The notes under the pieces were generated by a model, which did not search any database, was not told the origin of the DNA, and worked only from the letters and a program-made list of their open reading frames with translations. The position numbers were made by a program, and so were the translations under genes. A stretch of DNA of 62,013 nt, the filler included, from Hausera hauseri (lineage: Eukaryota), in NCBI GenBank assembly GCA_046269625.1. It is 12 parts of 12 records of this genome, joined end to end, with 100 filler letters (N's around TTAATTAATTAA, not from the genome) between each part and the next. Parts side by side here need not be neighbours in the genome. Positions count along the whole stretch, not along the records: positions 36,922 to 41,111 come from JBJURY010710993.1; positions 41,212 to 47,032 come from JBJURY010183306.1; positions 47,133 to 53,677 come from JBJURY010088653.1; 9 more parts are not named here. One strand, written 5' to 3'. Positions 36,822-50,900 of this stretch are shown piece after piece; positions within the stretch are counted from its first letter, which is position 1; every line of letters starts with the position of its first letter.

Positions 36822-39800
36822 NNNNNNNNNNNNNNNNNNNNNNNNNNNNNNNNNNNNNNNNNNNNTTAATTAATTAANNNNNNNNNNNNNNNNNNNNNNN
36901 NNNNNNNNNNNNNNNNNNNNNTTTAGTTATAATTTCGTTTAAATCACAACTATCCAAAGAACTGATATCTTCAAATGAAGCAAACGTATCTCGACAAAAG
37001 AGTTTTGGAACGGTTTTTAAATTTAACTGATCACCATTTTCAAGATCTGATATACTTTTTTCACATATTTTCCCATCATTAAATCGTGTTTTAGTTTCAG
37101 AAATTTGCTGAGATATAGACACAGATGCCATTTCTAACCTTTTAAATCCCAAATAAACCGTCTCATAATTTTGTATTTGTTTCTGTAAATAAAACGATTG
37201 GGACATTTTTGATCGTCTATATTTCTGAGGCTTCTCCTGGCCTGAATTCCTCATAATTTTAGTGAGGAGCCAGACGCATGGCCCTCGACTTTGTCCGTGT
37301 CTACTGATAACTTATTTTCATCAAAATTATTGTTAGTTTCCATGGAATTTATGTTTTTCGATTCCGTCCGTAACAGGACTTTGGAATCATACATTTCCTA
37401 AAATTTTGATTTATAATTATTGAAAATTCAATAAATTATTTCATTGCTGGTATAGCAGTATATTTTTTCTCCATGTATAATTCTGTATTTATATGCAATA
37501 TTTTTGTGGTCTTTCTGGTTTTCAGTTGCCTAATGTCATATTTACTTTGTGTTAAAACTCTAATATTATTGGAAATTTTAGCAACGAGGGAAACTCATTT
37601 AAAGTTTTTTAAGTCTTTGGAAGCAAAATGTCATGAATTATCGTTCAAATTACCGATGATTCAGTTTCAGTTCTTTTTAAACAATTTTGGCGAATACCTT
37701 TATCAGAATGCCATCATATTTACACCGTCAGTTAGAGAATCTTGAGGCCATGAAATCAAACTTTCTGTAGCAAAGGGGTAACCTTTTGAAGCCTATGCTA
37801 CATAGTCTTAGCTTTCGAAAATCGTTCTTACAATTAGTCAGCATAACGTTTTGTAGTTGTAACACCTGTAGAACTTATAATTCTTTGAATAACAGTAAGG
37901 CGTTGATTCCTCAGAATGTAATATTATTCAGAGACTGAAGCTGATTTTTATATAATTCTCCATATATTTTCTTACCGCATGATGCATTTTATCAGAATTG
38001 TAATCATTACCACATTTTACAAAACTTTCAATTATTTTACCAGTATCCATCTCAGTTTCGCGGTGTATGTGCATGAAATCTAAATATGTTCTTTCCTCGC
38101 TAATTTAACTTCACATATATGATTTGAATCTTATCATTTGGTAGAAGTCACATTTAATTCGGAATGCTAATATTATGGCAAACAAACTGTTCAAATATGA
38201 GTACATTTCCACATCACAAATTTAGTTCCTGTGACACAACAAGAGAAACTACCTCAATATCATTCCCTTTCTATTAGCTTAAAGCTTCAAAATTTTGTTA
38301 TGCGAATTTAACAAACTAAGGATGAACCATCACTTTCTCTGTATCCCCCTTAGTACTGGAGTGCATGTAATGTATGGAAATTCCCGGAGAGGAGAGTACT
38401 TGAATGTTAAGAAGCGGAATCTCACATCGTAGAGCCCTAATGATGTAGATTTTCCGAGATTCGCATGGTGTAATTCATATCGACTTTCCTAAATAAGACG
38501 ATGTTACAGTTATATGATAAGGTTCCGATACACATCAGTGAAATAACAGGTCGGTATTTAGCGAAATGACCTCTGCAAGTTCTCTTACTCTCCATACAAT
38601 CCCAATCTCGCTCCAAGTTACTTCTATTTGTTTGTGAAGTTGAAGAAGCATTTGAAAAGACAACGAATTGTTGTAGGAAACAACTTCTTTTCTTAACCAT
38701 CATTTTATTTTGTGACCTTTCCTGAAATATGTGTGCTGAGAACAACAGCAGCTATGTTGAGAAATAATTCATCATTAATACGTCTATGCCATGTTCATAT
38801 GAAATATAAATTTTTGTTTTGTATCTAAAAATTTACTAAGGTGGACCATGGACTTTTTGAACCTTTAAACCTTTCTTCTTCTTTATCGACTGATTTTACA
38901 TCTAGATCTTTGCTAAAGTATTCTGGTGCATTCATATTGATTCTTTTACACATTTGGAAGGCATCATCAAATGAAACACCTTCATGTTTTTCTATGTATT
39001 TATCTAAAGGATGTGGCGCTGCTTCAACTGCAATTTCATATCTCAGTAAAGTTGGGAGAAATGACATAGTACTCTCAACATTGTTCCCAATAGCAGCTCT
39101 GGTTCCAGTTCTTGATTCCACAATCGGAGCTTTACCGAAGAGCGAGTCATTGAACTAAGAGAACTTGTTTGGTAACGTGTTATGCTTATTGCAGGTAACA
39201 CTTATGGTCATAAATAAGAGCCTAAGTTGACGGTTGATATTTGAATAGCTCTTGATGAATTTCCTGAATTGTTATTTGCATCTGATGAATTTTTTTGAGG
39301 TTGCTATGTTTTACTATTGGTACCACTGGTATTCAAACAACTATGTATAATATCTGATATTTTCAAAATACGATATTTCACCGTCATTTTATTCGGCAAT
39401 TTCCCACAGGTGTGTTGTGAAAAGCTTCAGTGTAACATGATGTACAAGTAGTGTATAAGATCGTCTAACGGCCTTCCAACCATGGTTATTCCTGTTTTCC
39501 CAGTTTTCCGAACCCTGCCAGGGATCATATATTCATCATTTTGTACACTCTTTTAACAATTTAACCTATAACAACCCGATTTTTAACAACCAGTACACAC
39601 AGGTCAACCAACATAAACACACATACATTTATATATACACTATATATGATTTTATATATATACATTATATACATCCCCTATACGTCTCCCGTTGAAGTTC
39701 GACCGGATTCCCCAACTATACAGTCGGGTTCTAACAGTCATAATCTTCGAGAAGTTAACTTTGGTAATGGCAACAGGAAAGTACAGATGCCAAATGATGC

Positions 39801-40530
39801 TGCTAATCAACTTGTATTCTACAATCCATTAATAGAGAGTATAAATCTGATTGAATAGGAAGTTGTCGATAATATTATTAAATAACTATGTCAACTTGAA
39901 TTATTACAAAGTTTCAGAATATCATATTCCAATTCTAACAGAAAGTGGCATTGTTTCATTTCTGAAAAAATTTTATTGTAAGTTAAGGAATTTGATAATT
40001 TCGTCATGCCTGTTGGTAGAATGTTCGGATAAATAAACTATTAAATACATTTTCCAAATATTAAAAAACAATCCATCGATCAAAGACACTCAATACCTAT
40101 CGGAGAAAGTTCTCGTGTGGAATTATCCTAAAATGAGATTGAGACTAATTTACTCGAAACTAATGTAGAGAATGATGAGTATTTTGATGAATTTGCAGAC
40201 TTTTCTGTTTCAAAATTCAACAAAGTATCTGGGCTTTCATTTCTTTAGCAGGTTTGTTATTGACAACCACAAAGTGAGTTTAGAGATACAGAAACACGTT
40301 TCTGGCAGCTTGTGGCTCAACCTGGGTAAACTGTGACTCTTTAGTGACTGAATGTTCTGCAAAGATTCGACTCACATTGACTGAAACAAATTTATTCCAC
40401 GTTTCTCAATTCAGCAATGAGGTTTGTGGTTGTGACGTGAAGAAGTTTAAATGGCGTGAACACTTTTCATTAAATTGCTGGTACTCACTCTCGCTGTTCC
40501 TGACTTCTCCCTCCGTCTCTTGCCAATCAG

Positions 40531-41111
40531 GCTTGAACTCGAACCAGAATGTAACCCTGGACATGGGTGTTGGGGTTGGAAGCAGCAGTGGCGGAGGAGC
40601 TGTCAACTACAAAGAGCTGCCCCAGTCCAGACTGAAGAAACTTTGGGCTGCTGACTCCCTGGAGCAGAACAGCAAACCTGGTACGTGACTCTTTGAGTGC
40701 ATTTAGTAACGGCACATTGAAAAACCGCTGTCTGCTTGTCGACTTGTTTGCGTCTCTAAGCCTGAGATTTCATCCTACAGGTGCTATGTCGTCTGGACTC
40801 CGTCTGGACGACTCTCCTTTCTATGATTTCCTGTCTCCCGGCCCGTCTCCCCTGAGTCCTCCTGGTCAATCAATGGGCTCTGTGGGGGATGGCTGGCCAC
40901 CCCGTGCCAACTCCCCTCCTCCCCATGGAAATACTGTCACCTGGCCCCCAGGTAGACGCCCCGTCAGCGTAGGAAACTTCTTTTCAAGTAGTTTCTTTTG
41001 AATGACTGCTAATAATTGCGGACGACTATCTGCAGAGTTCCGGCCCGGGGAGCCTTGGAAAGGTTACCCCAACATCGACCCTGAGACTGACCCTTACGTG
41101 ACCCCTGGTAG
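40531..41111 (+). CDS. TNRC6A: vertebrate TNRC6A/GW182 fragment (3 exons: 40531-40680, 40781-40951, 41036-41111)
   Basis: [10 protein letters not shown]...|[20 protein letters not shown]...[11 protein letters not shown]...WPP|[25 protein letters not shown] (PAM2 region); canonical splice sites; higher GC than the flanking DNA. Confidence 0.92.
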
Positions 41112-43130
41112 NNNNNNNNNNNNNNNNNNNNNNNNNNNNNNNNNNNNNNNNNNNNTTAATTAATTAANNNNNNNNNNNNNNNNNNNNNNNNNNNNNNNNN
41201 NNNNNNNNNNNTTTCTCTCTCTCTCTCTCTCTCTCCCCATGTTTTGGCAGGTCCATTCTGTGATGAGTGTATTCTCGCAGGTACTTCCCCTTAGGGGACT
41301 ACAACATGGCTTGCATAGTGGTTTATGTATTCTCCTCAATGTGAGATCGAGTACTGCCTGATACATTTACATCATCAAGGCCTCATGCAGCCTTTTCTAG
41401 CACAGTCTAGGCTTTGACTAACTGAACCTTTCATCTGAACCTGTTGTTCAGTATGACATTCAGTAGAAGCGCCCAATGGGCACCTCTCCTAGCTGGAGTG
41501 TGGGAAAGATCAGCAGAGCCCTGTTTGTTCCTAATGGGGAGCACCAAGAGTCCATGAGTGGATTCCTTGAGTGACACACCTAGAGACTGTTAGCCTTACT
41601 TCCTGAAAGAATTATAATTCTGTCTCGCTTAGATAAATCTACATTCGATTCAGAATCATAGAAAATGTAACTGGCCTATTACCTTCTACAGCACAGCATT
41701 TAACCTGTGGTCCACAGACCATATGGTAATGTAAAAGTCTGTATTACCACCATCAGTACAGTCATTGTCTGTCATGCCTTGTGGTATCTTTTAATGCAGC
41801 AACAAGATTTGCATTTTTGTTCATTTTAAGCCCAAGAAAAAAGTTCTCAAGACATGAATATTAGCAGGAAAAATGAAGCTATACAAATATTTCAAACCAA
41901 AAAACTTATATAATTTCAGTTTATGATATCAGCGTGTAACTGCATATTGTAGAAAATCCAAATCATCACCATTCTTGTCTTGGCCAAGAGGTAACCAGCA
42001 AGCCATTCTGTCAGGTTTCATAAAAGCATATTTACTTGCAAAACACAGAAATGTGCTTTATTTTTATTACAAATGCTTGTATACGTACCTAAAATAGAAG
42101 ATAGTAATAGGATTTGGTCTTAGGTTTCTACTTATTGTTTTTTAAGTTATACTTGTGCTAATATAATAAACCCATAAAACCTGCCACGGGTGTAAAAGTA
42201 TTGTTAGTGTGTATTCGTGGAATAACATTATGTATGGCGCCGCATTTGTAGACACCACCACTATTTTTATCACATGTTGTCAAATGCGCTTTATGTTTGC
42301 ATTATGTTGGTTTTGTACTGATTGTGGCGTCATTGTATGTGAGGATATAATCGGAAACTAAAATTCTAAAATTAAATTAAAAGCATTTTTAAATTTTAAA
42401 ATTCGAGCATGAATTTAAATTAAAAATGCAATATTAAAAGTATAATTTAATTTTGGAATTGCCGGAAAATTTGTTTCCAAATGAGTAATTTGAGACACAA
42501 TAAAATTTTCAACAACTGGTCTTACTTTTCAATAAGTAATTACAAACGATCAAATTCTGATTTAGCGGACATACCAGGGGCCGGGGATTTTCCAACCCTA
42601 CCCAAGCTGGGCAACGATGTGGACGGCGTGGATACATTCGCGGCCAACAGTGTGTAATGAATTTTTGTCGAGGTTGATTTTTTTGTACAGTGTGGAAGCC
42701 GAATTGACCCAACCTTATTTAACTTATACAGAAAATTGTGACAAATAGATAGTTCCAAAAAGGCGGACTTGTTTAAAAAAGTACACACAATATTGGCTAT
42801 GAATTGAATTTGGGACGCACTGGACAGCTGAAGGACAGTTTATTGTGATTTTATTGTAAATATACCTTTCAGTTTTTTGCACAATTTTCAGCTATTGTTT
42901 ATTCAATCAGATATTTTTTATTATTGCGAAAATGGAATTCCTTAACACTTACTTGATAAAATAAAATCCCGCCTATCCAGAATTTTGGTGGATTATGGTG
43001 CGACCAAATTTATACGGGGGTACTTAAAAGCACCATAAAATCTCGGTTGTCTTTTTAATATATAATCAACTTAACTCTTCTAGAAAAAATTATTCGTCTT
43101 TCGAACCCAAACCAAGATTCCATACTAAAT

Positions 43131-43766
43131 ACTGATCCTTTCTATTCTACGTTGGAACTCATTGAAAAAGCGTTGGGAGATGTAAAGTTGAATAAGAATC
43201 TGATTCATGATATTGTTTTAGTTAGTGGATCTACCCGAATTCCGAAAGTTCAAGTCTTTATTAGAAATTTTCAACGGTAAAGAATTAAATAGTCCACCAA
43301 TTCAGAAGAGGTCGTTACGTATAGAGTTGTAATTCATTTTGCTATTTTGACGGAAGATAAATCGAAAGTTGTTGAAGATCTGTTATTGTAGGATGTTACT
43401 TCCTTGAGTTTGGGTATGGAAACAGTTAGAAAAATAATGATAACGTCAACTAAATGTAATATAACAACCCCGATGAAACCAACGCAGGTATTCAGTACTT
43501 ATTCGGATAATCAACCCTGGGTGTTGACACAAATGTTTGAAGGTGAGCAAACAATGATGAAAGATAACAAGTTATTGGGAAAATTTGGATTCAGTAACAT
43601 TCTTCCTGCACATCGAGATGTACCACGAGTTGAAGTGACATTCGATATCGATGCTAATAAAGTTCTTAACGAATTAGCAGTGTATAAAAGTACTGGGAAG
43701 AAAAACAAAATTACTATAATGACTGAAGATCAACTGTTGAGAGTCTTCAATAAAAATATAATCTAG
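43131..43766 (+). pseudogene. HSP70: cytosolic HSP70 pseudogene fragment
   Basis: [70 protein letters not shown] and [10 protein letters not shown]. Confidence 0.92.
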
Positions 43767-44479
43767 TAGAGGAAGAAGGAAAAACTAGATGGAACATTAG
43801 ACCTGATCAGTGCCTTATCCGATCAAAACATCTAGATGCACCAGTGTTGCAAATGTTACAAGGAATGGAAGATAACAATGACACAGTCACTGATCCACAG
43901 TTGAAGCATGATGTTTATAGTTGTATACGGAGACAAGGTATCTAGTTTGCTAGATAACACAGTGCATAGTGTCAATGTTCTTTATGAAAATATTAATGAT
44001 ATCAACGTCATGTCATTGCACTACGGAGACCTTGAGTTTTGTATCGATAAGATATCTAAAGTTCTTTCATTCCCCAATGTAAAAATATCGTAACTGACAA
44101 CCGGATTGAGAGTAGCTAAAACGAAACTTGAAGAAAGAAAATCGAATATTCAACCTATGAGTCGAATGGTTCATGGTTTATTGAGTAAAAATTTGATATC
44201 GACGAAAGATACAAACGTATTCCAAAATATTTGTTCAACAATCCCAACACCTGTGTCGCATAGGTGGTTATTCAACAACAACAGAAAGAACCCAATACAA
44301 ACAATAATGACTGGGAGTACAAGATAATTTAGGAAAATTGGAATAAACAAAGATTCAGTAACCTAAATAAAGATTGTAGTTTATTCGATATATTCAACTT
44401 ATCCGAAGATGTGAAAGTATTTCATAAATTTAAATGTAGGAATTGTCCTTTATATCTTAAAAATAAAATAAATGGTAGC

Positions 44480-45760
44480 AGAGCGACTAACATTGATTCA
44501 GTAGTCGTTTCCGTCATTAAAATCTGCATCAGTGGTTTTGGCTCTCCACGTTACATCATAAGGAACCAAGGTCCGCAATTTGAATCTGATCTTTTCAAAT
44601 CTCTAGTTAAACGCTTGGGGATATCATATTTCCATACAACACTGTATCATTCCTAAGCAAATGGCCTCCTTGAAAGTTTTCATCAAATAATGAAAATCAC
44701 ATTGAAAATTTTAGCAGAGAAACACCATAATTAGACATCCATCTTGCCTCTCGTCTTACTCGGTTGGAACAACATGCCCTCTACAACTACGGGTTGTGAT
44801 TCAGCTGAGGCTCTCTTTGGGGCACTAATATGGTCTCTATTTGAGCTCTCCGACAGACGAAAACATTCGCGCGGCACAGTCATACTTCGTTGAAGTCAAT
44901 ACGAATTCATTCTGCCGCCTCATAAATAACAATAAATCGTACATTAGGGAGGATTTGTACTCCGCTAAGTTCGTATGGATAAAAAACAAATCGCTTTCCG
45001 GTTTTCGGCCTCAGTACATTGGCCCTTATAAGCTGCTTAATCTCTCATCTCACACGGTTATCATCTTAAGCTAGAACAAGCCCTATAACGTCCACACATC
45101 CAATCTCAAGCCCTTTCTTTATTGACGACAATCCGGATTATAACGCTGCTTCCAATTTTAACTACACTTCTGTTCCTTTCAGTCAATCCTCTAATTTCCT
45201 TGATGACTTTGCTTCGTCGCAGCAGCCAATATTGTTCCAAAGCCAACCACCTTCACTTCCTTCATCATCGACACCACTTTCTTAGCCTACTTTTCTCCAC
45301 TTGCTCTCTTCACCTTCACCACCCCTTTTACATTCATCGCTTACTTCGCTTGACTTATTTCCTTTTTCACCTTCAACGTCTTTGACACATGCAACACCGA
45401 TTCGTAACTCCAAGTCTTACAAATTGTCAACCCCAAATTGTCGCTCGACGGTTACACACAAGCAACGTAACAAAACGCAGTCATTTTCAGCAAATACAGT
45501 AGGGAGAAAAATAGTAAAGGAATTCAATATCACATACATACCAAAACCGCTTAGCCACATAACATTTCTTCCATTTTGCAGATTGCTTTATCTTTATTTT
45601 TCAACTTTATACTTTTCAACCCAACCACGAGTGGTGATGTAAGGACCACCTTATTTTAGTCCCCCTGGCCCATTTTTGGTCGGACACGGCCGGATGCGTC
45701 GGTTTCGCGCCGATTGTGCCGTTGCCGAGGCCCGGTTTTCCTTTTGGGAATTTTACCGCA
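44480..45760 (+). mobile_element. Ty3/Gypsy integrase remnant with 3' region and probable LTR start (TGTAAGG at ~45638)
   Basis: FGSPRYIIRNQGPQFES, TTLYHS*ANGLLESFH, LPLVLLGW and YIGPYKL; similar to the 12941-13820 copy. Confidence 0.8.
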
Positions 45761-45779
45761 TGACAGCAACAATTCACAA

Positions 45780-46800
45780 CCAGTTCTTGTATATGCTGAA
45801 TTTTTGAGAACCTTTATTCTTGAAATTGGTGCAAACTTTGATAGAATCGGAGCAGTAATATCCCAGGAAGATGAACATGGTAATGAACAAGTTATAGCGT
45901 ATTGATCACATTCTCTTGGGAAACATGAACTGTGTTACTGCATTACAAGAAAAGAATTATTTGATGTATTATTTCTGTGAACATTTTAAACATTACCTTT
46001 ATGGGAAAAGATTTAAAATAAAAACAGATCACAAGGTGATTACATTCATGATTAAGACAAAACGACCTATTTCCCCAGTTTCAAACGTGGATGAACTTCC
46101 TTACTAGTTTATATATTGAATGGATATATCGCAAGGGTGAAGATCATATAAATGTGGATACTGTTTCGAGATCGAACTGTGAAAGGTGCGTACAATGTCA
46201 ATTCTTTCATGAAGACCCAAAGATAGACATGCAAAAGATAAAGATGTTAGCAACGCTGGCAAGCTCTATGAGTATCAAATAGCAAGAAGATACGGATGGA
46301 ATCCAGAAAATTAGAAACGACATTGACGGAAACTCCAACAGATTTACGATAGTCGATGATGTTATATTCACGAAGGAAAACAAAAATTCCGCACACAAAA
46401 CGTCATGAATTCATAAAAAAATACTTTGCCATGCCGGAAAGCAGAAAATCGGGATATACCTTAGAAAAGTGATCGATAATTTCAAAAATTGTCAGAAAAG
46501 TAAAACGTATACAGGGATAACGAAAGAGATCAGAGGCAAATATTCAGAACCGCAAGTATTCAAATCAATTTTTGTAGACTTTTGTGGACCATTAAGCCAA
46601 CCTTACATATTTGCTATAATTAATGAAAAAAGTAAATATCATTCTAGTGGTTTTTGAAATTCGGTTCACCGAGAGCAGTACATTGTGAAAGAGGCTGTTG
46701 CCATTCTTCTTGTGTATAAATGATATTATTATTTCTACAACTATGTTGAAATACTTGCTGAAATAATTTATCCAATAGATGCCATTTCTTGCCTGCCAGT
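45780..46800 (+). mobile_element. Ty3/Gypsy pol remnant (RNase H and integrase)
   Basis: FILE..A....IGAVISQ...EQVIAY, Y.ITRKEL, HFKHYLYGKRFKIKTDHK, YRKGEDH.NVDTVSR and FVDFCGPL. Confidence 0.85.
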
Positions 46801-47961
46801 AATATACATGGTCTAACAATTAAGCCCGTATGATTTTCCAATGTAGATAGATGAAAATCAGTCTACAAACTTTATTGTTAGACCATGTATTTTTGTCTTC
46901 TTCAGATCAAATATTTTTGTTATTTTTCTTCCTAACAATATTGAATCAACTTCCATTAAACTGGTGGTATGTACGATCGCTAAAATATTCACTTACTATA
47001 AAATGAAATTCTGTATACATATTTCAATAATANNNNNNNNNNNNNNNNNNNNNNNNNNNNNNNNNNNNNNNNNNNNTTAATTAATTAANNNNNNNNNNNN
47101 NNNNNNNNNNNNNNNNNNNNNNNNNNNNNNNNTGTGGGTGCAAGTGGACACAGTTTTCCATAGGAAGGGGTGATAATGAAACGGAAAGGTTACAAAGAAC
47201 TGTGAGGTATTAAATCACCAATGTGGATGTTGGGGAAGTTCACCCTAATAAATTGACTTGATATACTATTTTTAGTTTGTGATTGGTTTTGGTGTTGTTA
47301 GTTTATGATTTATAATAAAATTTATTTGAGTTTTTGGTGTTGTTTTAGATTAATAATGAAATGTATTTGAGTTTTTGAGAAATGTGCGATTTTCAATTTA
47401 TTTTCGATAAACATTATAACTCTATTACTTTGGACTAATAGTCAGAAATGTACATTGGTGAAAAAATCATTTTAGCTTAATTTTTATATAGAAATAAACA
47501 TGTGATATATACATATTGGACGAATCGGATTTGACAGACTACTGCGGAATTCTACAATTACTTTTTGTTCAGAATATCCTTTGACTTACACTTAGATTTA
47601 GATTGTGATTTACAATACAAAGTTATTTACATTTTTGTGTCGTGTTTTAGCTTGATTTTAGATTAATTGTTTTTGGTGTTGCTTCAATAATATTGCATTA
47701 ATATTGTTGTAAATATTTCACTATAATGGTCATTCAACCTAAGACGCGTGGCGCATAAGCCGTTTGCGTAATTCTACCAAACTTAAGCCCCATTTCCTTA
47801 TCATAAAACAGAAGACAAAAACTAGTGTACAAATACGTTATTGATCATATATAACAAACATGTACAGCCGATAAATGTAAAACAAAGATCACAAATGCCA
47901 ATGATCTGGCTGAACTGAATTGCATGTTTGTACTGAACTGTTTGTGAGCACTTAACATATG

Positions 47962-50900
47962 TTATCTCAAACGCCAATGTCCGTACGCCCAACTCTTATT
48001 TCGCCCTACCAATTTTAGCTTATCATCATTTCATGATAAAGCGACTTTGGAGTTAGTAATAGTATATAGCTGACGCCCAATCGATCGGATGATAGTTTGA
48101 GACAACCGTTTTTGATTGCTCTCCATCGGGTTGTCCTTCATAGATCGGCGATAATTACCGTGGTTAATTTCTGGGCTAACTGGACTCCTTTCACCCGCAT
48201 TTTCGGTTCAGAGTCCGTCAACAGACTGTAGCACTGAGCGCAGGAATATCCATTCCCGGTACCGGATACGGCCTTCGCTTTCATCTTTGAAGCAACCAAT
48301 TTTGTTGGTGATCCTGTGGATAGTTGGACGTGTCCAATAATCCATCTGACTTCATTTGATGCAGCAGTTGTTCCCGATTTACATTTTTAAACCGCAGGAA
48401 AAAGCTGTCTGTGTCACCGGCAACGATATTGATCCTGCACCCGTCGAACATTTGCTGATAACGTGCCAAATCGCGATACTGCAGCTCGTACATTAGTAAC
48501 TTGCTCGGGTCCAATACTACCTGATCTATATAGCTTAGCCAATCCAGTGCGACTTCTTCCCTATTTAATAGCACAGCAACCAAATCATCGGCAATGTGCA
48601 TTGACCGCTTGAACTGTGCATTGGTGGTGTTTGTAACCAGCCGCTTTTCGTTGTTGCATAGGCGCATATTAAGTCGCTTTTTCAGGTTTTCAACTGTTTT
48701 GCTTGGAACTGCTTTTCAGCTTGTAATAGTCCTTTTCAAACTTTGTACAAGCTGCGGCTCGTTTCTATGAATTCCCATCAATGTACGGCTTAAATATCGG
48801 CGCCTAGCTGAACCTGATTGCACGATGCAATTGTGTGACTCGTACACCGAGCTTCATGTAAAATTGCACCAGACGCCAATGAACCACATTATTCGACTTG
48901 GGTTCATGCGTCATAAGCAGTTTTCTCACTTTTGAGCCCGGTGGACATTGGCTGATTGGTGCGATCGGCAATTCATCCAGAAAGTCATGCAGCTCATCTG
49001 GTACAATGAGATCGACTTCCATCAGGTAACCAATTGAGCTGCTTTCTGTCGTGTCTGCTGTCGGCAGAATTTCTATTATTGTGTCCAGATCTTGCTTGTC
49101 TACTATCCATTCGAATGAACCGTACGACAAGGGTTGCGAAAGCGCCCAGTCGTACAGGTTATTAATATCGGTGTACAGTATTGACGTTATATCATCACTG
49201 GTTACGTGATGTTTTTTGACAAACGTCATGTCGCCACGAACATCAACATCAAATAGTCGGTACATATTCGGGTCTTGCAAAAGCTCAATGTGCTAGTTCA
49301 GCGACATCAGAGCCGACGCCCAAATCATTCCCTGTATGGAGTAAAACTTAGCGGCTCCAACCTATCTTCTGCTAACGCCTTATCTCGAAATATATGGAAC
49401 ACATCGACTAATAAGTACACGTCCAGTTTCAGATACTGGAGCATGTACTCCAACAGGTTGCAGCAGCCGAGCTCTGACCCAAATCCCTGTGCTCTATGAT
49501 ATTCATCTTCTATAATACCGAGACATCGCGACGGCAATTCTTCTGTTGCCAAAGACGCTCGTACGACACCGCAGTCATACGGGAATATGCCTTTGCTACG
49601 CGCAGTGTATAGGGAATTGTGTCATTGTTAGCGGTATATCTGGCAAAGCATTTACTAGCTTCGCCAATGACTCTTTGAGAAACTACAATGAATCAAGGAA
49701 GCATACCTAAAACCGCCGTATACGTGCAGACAACGACAGGTACGTCTCCATTATAGTCGGGATTACGGATAGTTCCAAATAGGGAAACCCGTTTATGGCC
49801 CGTTTCAAAATATGGTGACAATCATAACCCCGGAAGTTATGAAAGAACACCGGTAGGAATGGTCGCACATGCCTTGCCAAATTGCATGATTTGCATGCTG
49901 CTCCTAGGAATCTACCGGTAAAATGATCATGATCTGGTACGAGCCATTCCTGTGCATTGAATGGTAATATTTTATGGCACAGGTAACATTTGTCTGTGAC
50001 TGCAAACGTCAGGCGTTCGTCTTCATCTGTCCAAATCAGGAGCTTTGTGCTGTTACTGCCATACCACTGTGCGATTTCCGACTCAACTATTGTTTCCAAC
50101 TGATGCAGGAAATCGCGTACGCAGTTCCAGCCATGAAAAACGTAATATTGGAGTTAACCTACGGCTTTTATTGAAACAAACAGCATGCCGACGACAATCG
50201 GAATGTTTATGATCATATACGTTGTGATATGGTAGGATTGCCTCAATATCAGCATATACAACATATGCCGGACTGTCAGTTTTCGACCTGTCACTGAACC
50301 TCAGCTCCTTTTTACTGGCATGACATACATTGTTGTTCCTGTTGCATTTTGTCTGCAAAGCGTCACATGCTTTTCCCATGTCGTTTTTGATCTGAAGCCG
50401 TGCAGACAGTACACCATTTGCATCGTATTCGTTTTTTGATAAACAGATCATGATCCATGTTCAGCAATCTACCCAAAGTTTTCAGGGCCATGTAATGATA
50501 CTTTTCCACCTGCTCCAACAGCAACATATTTATTTGGCATCCATTTGGATTTCGGGTTTGATAGGCTATATCTACATGGGGTTCTTATAGATTTCTTCAT
50601 CTACTGGTATTTCAACTATTGAGTTGTACCGGAAAACGTTGATTGACAGCATCGGATTACGCCGTTCGAAGGCTGGTATGGTTTTTAGTTTCATCGGCAT
50701 CCAGTTCTCATCGAAATCCAATTCGGAAAAATACTGCCGATACTGATTTGGATGATTAGCATGTTTTCTGTCCATTTTGTCATATTTTCATACGGCCAGA
50801 ATACTGTAAAGAAAACAGTATTCATCGTTCTTGTTTTGTACATTCACCATCGCCAGACTGCTTTAGAGCTGCAGGTGTCGGTATGAATGACTGTCCGGAC

